Part shown: positions 51,513-62,349 of the stretch, piece after piece
Numbering within the stretch: position 1 is the stretch's first letter
Layout of the letters: every line of letters starts with the position of its first letter
NCBI RefSeq assembly: GCF_006345805.1
Contig: NC_043005.1
Span: 40,176,001 to 40,240,000 of the forward strand
Length of the DNA stretch: 64,000 nucleotides
Origin: Octopus sinensis
Taxonomy: Eukaryota
Direction: 5' to 3'
Position numbers and translations under genes: made by a program
Notes under the pieces: model-generated
Database searches by the model: none
What the model was told of the DNA's origin: nothing
The model's input: the letters and a program-made list of their open reading frames with translations, nothing else

Positions 51513-52786
51513 ATATATATATTATATATAGTATATGTATATATATTGATCAAAATAGGAGGGGCGAGAGTTCGGGACGATGGATAAAAAATGTATAAAA
51601 AGTGTAAGTATAGAATAATATAAAATGTAGAGGATAAAGATATAAAAGTTGTAAGGAGATGTAAAGGGGGTATAAAGAAATATAAATAAATGTAAAGGCA
51701 TAAGGTTATAAAGTAAAAATAGAAATAGAAATAAGTAAAAAAACCTGATAAAAACATGATAAAAGTGTAAAAGAATGTAAAGATAAGGGATGTATAGAGG
51801 TTACGGACCAAGCATGGTGGTGGTCAGGAGATTGATAAAATTTAGTTGTAGAATGTCAGTAAATCAACAGTTTCGTCTGGGGACCTAATGCGTTGTAAAT
51901 CAGAGCTGATGAGCATTTAATCTGGTTCCTTGAATTAAATGGACTTCTAGTACATACATATCATCATGGATACAACACCCACATACACGCGTACATATAC
52001 GCCTCCAAGCCTATAAGCATACACACGCGCTCGCGTGTAAACACGTACATAACACACACGCACCCACACGCACGCGCGCGTACACACACAACATACAACA
52101 GAATATCCGCATGTATACGCGGACATTATACGCGTACACACTCACATGTATATACGCGCGCCATCACTACATACAGACACGTATATGCCCACGCCTCTAG
52201 GTCTAGGTATAAGATATTAAAGGATGTGTATAAGAACGTATGTAAATAATCCCGTACTCATGTCTATACGTGCACGCACACACAGCTGTGTGTTCGTATG
52301 TGCGTGCACATATACACTCATATACACACACAGAGACAGAGACACACGTGCACATGGGTATAGCTATAAGATATCGAAGTATGCATGTACATATATGCGC
52401 CTGTATATGTATGCATGCGTACACACACGTACGCGGACGCTCGTATAGTCAAAAAGTGGATCCATAGGTAAGTAAATACACATATATAGAGGTGTAAAGC
52501 GATAAGTTATGGGTAAGAATGAGGGTAAGGGTAAAGATTAGAAATAAAAAATACAGTATAAAATAAGAAATAAGAACTCTCGCCCCTCCATCTTCACCTC
52601 TATATATGTATTTATTTATTTACATTACCTCAACATCCAATTTTCCTCATTCTACATTGAGAAAAGAAAGAGATGGACGCTTCAATTCTATGCTGCTGCC
52701 GCATTATGTCGTACGGGAATGAGAGGATTTGCATCCCCAACCAAGAATTTTTGATGTAACACATGTCCTTGTGGAAGCTGTTGTGC

Positions 52787-52864
52787 GCGGCTGAAGAAGG
52801 CCACAGACATACATTATGCATTGTTATAAATCTGTCTAATAAAGGCCCGAAACATATGTACCGC
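52787..52864 (+). ncRNA. Type I hammerhead ribozyme motif with a long stem II
   Basis: GCGG-CTGAAGA-A-GGCC...GGCC-C-GAAAC-ATAT-GT-A-CCGC; stem I GCGG/CCGC; palindromic stem III ACATATGT; GUA cleavage triplet. Confidence 0.8.
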
Positions 52865-53058
52865 TGAATCCTTCGCATCATGTTTTTATTTTATTTTGAT
52901 CAATTTACTCCACCACCTACACCACCAAACGGTATACACAGGTGCTTATAATTATCAAGTACTCACCCCGAATTTCTATATGTATATATATATATATATA
53001 TAATATATATTATATATATTATATATATGTGTGTGTGTGCGTATATGTATATGTATAT

Positions 53059-53113
<55 letters not shown>

Positions 53114-53440
53114 GTATATATATATGTATATGTTTGTATGGGTATATATATGTATATGTGTGTGTAGGCATGTATGTGTATGTGTATATGTATGTGTGTA
53201 TATGTATGGACTTGTAGGTTTTTTATATATGTAGATACATATGTGTGCGTGTAGGTGCGTAGATATGCGTATGTGTATGTCTCTGTATATATGTATGTAT
53301 ATACAGGGATATATTTAGATGTATGTGTATGTATATGATTGGTGTCAGTATATATGTGTATGTATATGTAGGTATATGCGTATGTGTATGCGTGTATGTG
53401 TGGTTGTATGTATATATATGTATATATATGTATATATATA

Positions 53441-53494
<54 letters not shown>

Positions 53495-54570
53495 ATATAT
53501 AAGGACTTGTAGATCTCTGTATGTGTATATATGTATGTATGTGTATGTGTGTAGATATGTATTTGTATGTACGTGTACGCATTTGTATGTACGTGCATGT
53601 ATGTAGATATATATATATGTGTAGGTATGTATATGTAGGTATGCTTTTATGTACACGTGTATGCGCGCATGTGTGCATATATGTATTTATAAGCATATGC
53701 GTGTACATATGCGGGTAGATGTTCATGTGTGTTTATGTGTACTGAAGTCCTCTATATATGTGGTTTTGTGTGTACATAGTTATGTATACGTTTATGCGAT
53801 AGTAGGTACATTTATGTATGTATGAATATGTGTACCTGCGTGTGTATATGTATGTACAGACATGTATACATGTATATGTATGTTTATATGCGCCTGTGTA
53901 GAGAGAGATACATACATAAGTATGAGTGGATGATAAGGAAATGAGCGAGAGAACATATGTGTTTGTGTATGTGTATGAGTGTGAAGGAAGGAAGAGGAGC
54001 GGTAAATAGATTCCATTCAGGCCGGCTAGTACCCCGGGGAGCGGCTAGTCCAGCGTCACTAAATGTGTGTTGGCGAGTGGGCAGGTCATATATCACACCT
54101 TCTAGGACTCTGAAGAGGTCAAAATAAAAATAAAAATAAAAATAAAATAAAATAAGGGAGAAAAAATGTGTGTGTATATATGTGCATGTATGCATGTATG
54201 TGTGTGTATATATGATATATGTATATATGTTATATATATATATATATTATATATAATATATATTGTATGTGTATATATATGTGTGTATGTGTATATGCGT
54301 GTGTATATGCATGTGTATATGTATGTGTGTCTGTGTATGGGTGTGTATATCCTTTATATATATATATATATATATATAAGCAATAGTCTTCCTATTTACC
54401 TAAAACTCTATTCTATTATTCTATTTTTTCATTTATCTACTTTATCACTGATTCTTTTGACCACTCCCCTAAGAAAGACAGTTTGTGCCCTGCCTACCCC
54501 AAAAAGTCCCCCACCACCACCCCATCAAATCTGCCTAAATGTATAAATGCCAAAACTATTCTTGACGCCA

Positions 54571-54621
54571 AGCTTCCTGATGATTTCATTTGAATGAAAC
54601 AGTTCTAGTCCTGTAGAAGCT
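54571..54621 (+). ncRNA. Type I hammerhead ribozyme motif
   Basis: AGCTTC-CTGATGA-TTTC-ATTT-GAAT-GAAAC-AG-TTCTAGTC-CTGT-A-GAAGCT; 6-bp stem I, 4-bp stem III, GUA triplet, U.U at 10.1-11.1. Confidence 0.85.
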
Positions 54622-54661
54622 CCTTCTATAAAATAAATAAATAAATATATATATTATATAT

Positions 54662-54716
<55 letters not shown>

Positions 54717-55074
54717 ATAAGTGTAGGTGGTATACGAGTGGGTATATATTATAAAGAAGTTTGAAAACACCACTATATAAGATAAATTTTAATTTCTTTA
54801 GAAATGTTACATGTTTCGGTTCTGCTATTGCTATTTCAGCCACTGGTCATTTTCCCCAACTTTAGTCAACACATGAGATAGCTATTATGCTTCCTCCTCA
54901 CAAAAACCACTACGTGGATTCTGTTGAGACTAGTAAGAAACAATTATGAACTTTTTTTTATTACACTTAACTTTTTAAAATATTTTTGAAAAGGTTCGTT
55001 TTTTCAAGAAGAATTAAAATTTATCTTATATAGTGGCGTTTTCAAACTTCTTTTTATTAATAAACAAATATATA

Positions 55075-58000
55075 TATATATATATATATATTCTTTGATT
55101 TGAAAAATAACAGGATTGACAATGATAATAGGAATAGAACGGAATTTCCAAATGAGAAAAACAATTATAACCTAAAAACATACAGAAATCCACCGTTTAA
55201 CTCGGCTCTCGCGAACTTTTAAAAAGATTCTATGAACATGGCTAAACAAATAAAAGTTTTCCAGATACACAAATCCCTTTCAGAAAATCATCTCCAGATT
55301 TGCACATCCTATCTGATAAGACCGGGAATATTTATACTGTACCGGCGAGCCTTTATAATGACTTAATCTTGAAAGAGCTGTAGTGATACTATAACGGTGC
55401 GCGCGCGCGCACCGTTCATTTTCTATTTCGCGCGTGTTGGTGCCTTCACTAAGGCACAGAAAGGAAGGGCCCTCTCGCGCATGCGCGAACCACCGGAAGC
55501 ACGACCCTGGCGAGGCAAGGGGGTCGTAGAACGTTTGACCGCTGGCAGCAGCAGCGGCGACTTGGGACGGCAGCGATTGAACGCGACGGTCACGCATATT
55601 TTCTCTCCGTTCGAACTTGCTTCTAGCAGTCCTTACCAAAAGGCCTTTAACCAAATTGTTGCAGACCAACATCGTCTCCATTGTTCGACGCCATCTTGAA
55701 CCCGTTCTGTTTTTGCGGCTGAATATTGTAAATATTACAATCGATTAACTTTCAGCCTTGCGCGCCCAGAACCAAGGACATCAGATAACACACTTATTGT
55801 TACTGTTACCAAGAAAGAGATAAAGTAGTTATATATATTTTACGTCTGCGTCTTGTTGTTTCTGACGGGCAGAGATTCTGGATTATTAAAGCAACGGCTA
55901 GTGATTGCTTTCTTGTACCCCGAAAGTACAAGATAAGATATTCACTCACACCAAGTTCGTTACAGTGGTGACCCCGACGTGATTCTGGTCTAAAACCAGA
56001 AATCACTGAACAACAAAAAAATCCAGTTTTTCTGCGAAGTCGGAACACGATTAACTCTACGCATTCATCTTTCGACGATTTGTTTCCGGCCACCACAAAC
56101 AGTTGTAGAAGGAGCCTCTTTCTTATTCTACAGCCATGATGACGGACGCCATCATCTATTCGATGCCTTTTCTCCACCTTCGTCATCATCATCGTCGTCT
56201 TTCTACTTCACGTCGTCGTTATCTTCGTCGCCATCATCACTAAGAACGATGTTGTCCCAAGTCCACTACAGTCGCCTTCCACCACCACCGTCGCCTTTCA
56301 ACACCGTCGACCTCCACCAAGATGTACATAGCAACTCGCGGAAGTTTGGTCCACTTGCCGTTTGTGCATTAGCACACCAAGAATTCACAGCCCAGCACTA
56401 TCTACGAGATTTCTTCTGTTCCAGTTAACCTGTCACAGCATTGAAGCCACAACCGCTACACGATATGTGTTCAATCGGCATCTGCATTTGTGATCTCAAC
56501 ATTCTGTTACAGAACGAACTGCTAGTGCATCAGGCTATTACAGACTGGTAATTAACTCTTGTCTGAAATAGCACAGAGACATTTTTCTATGCGCTGTTTT
56601 TTTGTATTTTGCTCGCATTCACCTTGTATGTATTTTTCTGTCGCACACACGTACACACACATAAATGCTCTCTCTCACATACATACGTCACACATGCTTT
56701 TCTCGCTTGTTTTTTCCATGCTAAATTTGCCTTTTGTGGACACCCCTCATTTCTATAGACCCTAGCGGTCACGTATACATAGAGAGGGTTGTTTGTCCAT
56801 TATAACGCGCCAGCATGTCATACTTTTGTTCCTGTGCGAACGAGGCATATAATCGCTCAACCACTGGCATATTCTTGCTGTTTTTTGGTCTGGCAAGCAC
56901 TATTGCATTTCATGCGCCTTTTGCTTCGCACGTGTATTGCCTTGTTTTTTTGCAACACGTTTGCGTTAGCCTAATTCTTTTCCCGACTCATAGAATGTCG
57001 GATGTTCACATGCGCTGCGCCTATTATGGGCGTAATTATTTTCCCTGTTAGACCACTGTTGGTCACGTAATAACAGAAAATTATCTGTGTCGCGCATCAC
57101 ACCAGCATGTTTGCACTTTTGCCTTTTGTGTTACTAGCGAGCTTCTGTCAATTCCATTTCCTCTCCTGCAGCAATTGATTTAACTGCTATTTCGCAGGAT
57201 CAACTACCTTTAGAGAAGTTGGATTTTAATTTCGCCTAGGTTCAATAACTGTGAGTTCTGCCTTTTCTTCCCGCTCCCTTCAGCGGAAGGTTCTATACTT
57301 TGTGACGTATACACTTTCATGCATGCACTCTTGATTTTTGCTCATTGAGTATTTTTCTCTTTTTCCTTTAGTAAATTTCTTGTGTATGTTATAAATTTTG
57401 CCATTATATTATTGTGTGCTATTTGTTATCTGGTGTCCACCTTGAGTTTTGCAGTCACTACAATAAGTTCCTTTCGTGCGTACGCACTGGAGGGGAGCCT
57501 TGTAGTGATACTATAACGGTGCGCGCGCGCGCACCGTCCATTTTCTATTTCGCGCGTGTTGGTGCCTTCACCAAGGCACAGAAAGGAAGGGCCCTCTCGC
57601 GCATGCGCGAACCACCGGAAGCACGACCCTGGCGAGGCAAGGGGGTCGTAGAACGTTTGACCGCTGGCAGCAGCAGCGGCGACTTGGGACGGCAGCGATT
57701 GAACGCGACGGTCACGCATATTTTCTCTCCGTTCGAACTTGCTTCTAGCAGTCCTTACCAAAAGGCCTTTAACCAAATTGTTGCAGACCAACATCGTCTC
57801 CATTGTTCGACGCCATCTTGAACCCGTTCTGTTTTTGCGGCTGAATATTGTAAATATTACAATCGATTAACTTTCAGCCTTGCGCGCCCAGAACCAAGGA
57901 CATCAGATAACACACTTATTGTTACTGTTACCAAGAAAGAGAATAAAGTAGTTATATATATTTTACGTCTGCGTCTTGTTGTTTCTGACGGGCAGAGATT

Positions 58001-59960
58001 CTGGATTATTAAAGCAACGGCTAGTGATTGCTTTCTTGTACCCCGAAAGTACAAGATAAGATATTCACTCACACCAAGTTCGTTACAGAGCTTAATTTTC
58101 TGGATATAAATGTGTAAACAAGAATGTTTTGGATGATAATAATATTCATCTGGATATCAGCTCTAGTTTGGGCTTGCTGGATAGAACCCAACCTTATGCT
58201 CCCAAAACTCCCCATTGTTTTTTGAAGAACGATAAGCCTGATTTTTTTTATCAAATCCTTCGATTAGATTAATCTGCCCAACCAAGTCCGATTTGGTCAG
58301 AATCAGTAAGTATATTATTGATCGGATTATTTCCATCGTTAGGTTCAGTTTCCCCCCATGGAACTTTACCGGGGATGTCATTTTATGGTTTGACTCTCTT
58401 ACTGATAAGCCTAATTTATACTTTATCCAATTCGATATTTCGAATTATTACAACTCCACTTCCCCTATATTGCTAAATAAGGCTTTGATTTTCGCTCAGA
58501 AATATGCAAATATCCATAGTTCGGATATTGATGTCATTTTAGCGGCAAGGGAGACCCGCATTTCCTTCAACGAGCGTAATTGGAGGAGGGCTGATTCCAC
58601 CAATTTCTTTGATACTATGGGGTCCTCAGATTCAACACAGGTGACCGATTTAGTGGGCCTATATCTCCTTTCGCAGATTAGGGATAGTTTTCCTCTCCTT
58701 ACCGGGGAATTATATAGGGACGATGCACTTCTAGCTGCACGTGGCCAGTCTAAAACTGCGTTGAATAGACTGAAGAACGCTTTGAGAAGTTTCTTAAAAG
58801 ATTTTTTTAAATCTTAACATTATTTTTGATGTTAACTCCGGAGTGGTGAATTTCTTGGATGTGACTTTGAATTTGGATACTGGTTTATATTACCCATTTC
58901 GTAAGCCAAATAAATCCATTTCATATATCAATGTCTCCTCAAATCATCTGAAATCTACTATTGATAGCATCATTACTGCCATTTCGATCAGAATCTCCAA
59001 TTTGTCCGCAAACGAAGAGATTTTTTATCAACATGCACAAGTATATAACAACGCTCTAAAGTTGAGCGGCTTCAAAACTAAAATCTCACATATACCTAAC
59101 ACGAGACTTAAGAACAAGCTGGCTGGTCTAGCACTTGACCATGTCATAGAAAGTCTTGAGAAACGCAATGCATTAATTGATTACTACAAATGTAGGCCAT
59201 CCGCTAGATACTTATATAGAGATTTTAGGAATAGATACTGGAAGCGAAATAGTAGTCGTGAGGAGATAAGAAAGACTAAGAGTTTACGTTCAAGAATACA
59301 GGAAGTTATCTGGTTTGCTCCCCACCTTTTCTCTTAGAGTAAGAAATCTGCACAAGACAAAAAGCAAATGGAAACAGAAAAGAAGTCCTCAAATGTGCCA
59401 CCCTGTACAAACCTTTTTTTCCTATGACATAAAAATTAAATGAATTAAAAGAGAAGCAAAATTTTAATAAAGGCTAATTTCATCAGTGTATTTTTGATGA
59501 CATAATTCCTCACAAAACTGAATTTTACAATTTCTTGTATTCCGCACAAAATAAAAAGCAAAAGGAAACAAATATTGCATCTTAAGCAATGTACACAAAT
59601 ATGCTATGTTAATTTGTTCAGGGCCACTGAATAAATTTGAAATTTGCTTGCCCCAGTTGTTGTCATTGTAGGACACATTTTGCATGCATGCACGTTCACA
59701 CACGCGCACACACACACACACACACACACACGTACACACACACACACGTACACACACACACGTACACACACCACACACGCACACGGGACTAAACCGACTT
59801 TATCAATTTACTTACATTACATATATAAGACCTTTTAACACGCAGATGTCCAATTTCGTTCAAATTCATACATGGGTACTACCGTTACAAAAACAGTTTG
59901 TAAAAAGCTTTCTAGGAAAAGCATCCACAGCTTCGGAAAACATTCATTGAATATCTGTCC
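55075..59960 (+). mobile_element. Penelope-like element (RT, then Cys-rich linker, then decayed GIY-YIG), split by the LTR insertion at 55379-58087
   Basis: Left part ...LSDKTGNIY...; right part IRLICPTKSDL, FIQFDISNYYNS, MGSSDS, GELYRDDAL, VNFLDVTLNL, VIWFAPHLFS, CCHCR and YMGTT. Confidence 0.88.
55379..58087 (+). mobile_element. Complete non-autonomous LTR retrotransposon (LTRs 55379-55964 and 57501-58087)
   Basis: TG...CA LTRs differ by 2 substitutions and 1 indel; GAGC target duplication (55375-55378 and 58088-58091); PBS TGGTGACCCCGACGTGAT at 55966-55983; PPT GGAGGGGAG at 57489-57497. Confidence 0.97.
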
Positions 59961-60087
59961 AAAAAATGAAAGAAAAATTTTCAGTCTTTGTTTTCTCTTT
60001 ATATGCATAATATGTATGCATATTTTGTGTGTCTAACCCAAGAGGTTTTATTTGTTTATTTGTATCATTATCTCTTTTTCTCTCCCC

Positions 60088-60186
<99 letters not shown>

Positions 60187-60282
60187 CGGGAAGCTTTATG
60201 AAAAATACAAAAGACGAAGGCAGGTGGAAAACAAACGAACAATTGTATTAGTATGGCGCTCAGGAAATATAAATAAAACAAG

Positions 60283-60320
60283 TCTTTAACGTTTCGAGCC
60301 TACGCTCTTCAACAGAAAGA
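60283..60320 (-). ncRNA. Minimal hammerhead-like motif (variant core) in a probable PLE terminal repeat
   Basis: TCTTT-CTGTTGA-A-GAGC-GTAG-GCTC-GAAAC-GTT-AAAGA; stems I and II pair; palindromic AACGTT; A6 replaced by U. Confidence 0.55.
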
Positions 60321-60949
60321 TACACAGAGAGAGAAAAAAAACACAGAAAGAAGGAGAGAAAAAAATGCGTGCAGTAGCTAACGAATCAACATGGTGATCT
60401 GATTTCGGCCAGAGGTCAAAGATCAAACATGAGACGCGAGAGCGAAATAAGGGGAGATAATAGGGTTGATAAAAGGGTTGAGGGACCAGCTAAAAGTGCG
60501 TGGAGGGGTCTGGATGTGTGTATGTATAGGGTTGTGGTATGTATTAGTATGTATAAGGGTGTGTGTGTGTGTGTGTGTGGTGTGTGTGTGTGTGTGTATG
60601 AGAGAGTATTAGTGCGTAAGATTGGTCTGGACGTGCGTATGTATGGGGTTGGTGTATGTATTAGTATGTATTAGTATGTATTAGTACGTATTGGTATGTA
60701 TAGGTGTGTGTATGTGTGTGTGAGAGAGTATAAGTGCGTATGCGGGGTCTGGACGTATGTATGTATAGGGTTGGTGTAAGTATTAGTATGTACTAGTATG
60801 TATTAGTACGTATTAGTATGTATTAGTTGGTGTGTGTATTAGTATGGCACATCATATGTGATGTGATGTGTAAAGTCATGTGGTGTAGTGAGGAGAAGAG
60901 GGGGAGGGGGAGAAGAGGGGGGAGAGAAGGGGAGGATGGATCAAAACAG

Positions 60950-61143
60950 TTTGATTCAAACTTCTTGGTACTCCGAGTTTCAAAGCATGATGGTAATCTT
61001 TAGCCGTTGGAACTATGAATGAGAGCTCAGTTGGAGAAAGTCAGTGGTTATTACCGGACGGTGGCCAGCAACTAGTCGAGAAAGCTCTGCGTGCTTTATC
61101 TTCGATTCTATGGCAACAGTCCGGATACTTATTGATCACACCT
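60950..61143 (-). mobile_element. Mariner 5' end fragment
   Basis: TIR TGAGGTGTGATCAATAAGTATCCGGACT next to TA. Confidence 0.7.
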
Positions 61144-61362
61144 CATATGTGTGTGTATGTGCTTATGCATCTGTGTGTGTGCCTGTATTAATGCGAGTTC
61201 ATATATGTGAGCATAGGTGTACATGCGCACATACACACACACACACACGCGCACACGGACACACACAAGTATATATGAGTGTATACGTGTGTGCGCGCGC
61301 GTATCCGCGCATATATACATATGTATATATATACATATATGTATGTATATATATTTTATATA

Positions 61363-61762
61363 TCTTTATATATAAAAGAGAGGTTGTGTGCTGTCTGTCT
61401 CCTACGATTTAGATTCCTAACTACTCCCACATTTTGCGGTGCAGTTTAGCCAAAACCGGGTATCTTATAGTCGTGATTCATATCGAGCCCTTCTGGATAT
61501 TAGCGCGCGTCTACGATGAGTCTACGATTTAAAAAAAAATTTACCATCAATTTTCCCCATTTTTAATGCATTTTTGGCATATATAAAGGGAAGTAACTCT
61601 CTAAAAATTTATTATTAAATCTCAGAACGTAAAAAGCTACAGTAACACCCCCCCCCCTTTGTGGTTAGCCATATTGAGATGGCTATTATACTTTACATCT
61701 CTAAAAATGCTTATATAGTTATTTCCCTTACAAACCCGAGCAACGCCGGGCGATACTGCTAG
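61363..61762 (+). mobile_element. Non-autonomous Helitron (family A), inside a TA/CA microsatellite
   Basis: A|TC at 61363; hairpin and CTAG|T at 61759-61762. Confidence 0.88.
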
Positions 61763-61784
61763 TATAATATAATATATAATATAT

Positions 61785-61816
<32 letters not shown>

Positions 61817-62063
61817 CATATATATATACATACATACACACATAACACACACACGAATATATATGCGTACGTGTGTATGCATACTAGTATGTATATATGT
61901 GTGCATGCATACGGTGTGCGGATGTACACGCACACGTATGTATATGTGCTGGTGTGTGCATTGCATCCATGCGTGTGTGTGCATGTACACATAGGCGTAC
62001 ACACATACATGCATATATACATATATATACATACACACTCATACACACACATACACACACACA

Positions 62064-62107
<44 letters not shown>

Positions 62108-62349
62108 GATATATACATATACATACAAACATATATACACATAATATACACACACACACTTACATACGCACCCACGCACTCAGGGTGCCCATCCACTCGT
62201 GCGCGTACGCATGTGCGCGCATGTATATATACACGTGTCGTTATGTACAAGGGGTGAGACTATGCGGGTGGACAGGCATGAACAAGCGTTAGAGATTGGT
62301 GATTGTTGGTCCTGCACATGGGAGGTGGGGGGGGGGGGGGTAGTTGGTG

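Noticed and set aside
51870-51900. Minus-strand hammerhead (GTC-CCCA-GAC-GAAAC)
   Set aside because: The upstream core reads CGCATTA rather than CTGANGA, and no stem I is found.
54805-54845. Minus-strand hammerhead (CCGAAACATGTA)
   Set aside because: The 3' half looks right, but the core (CTGAAAT) and stems I and II do not form; at most a relic.
55280-57821. ORFs 55280-55681, 55397-55699, 57414-57821 and 57426-57803 as proteins
   Set aside because: They lie in the GC-rich LTRs, are open on both strands, and cross element boundaries.
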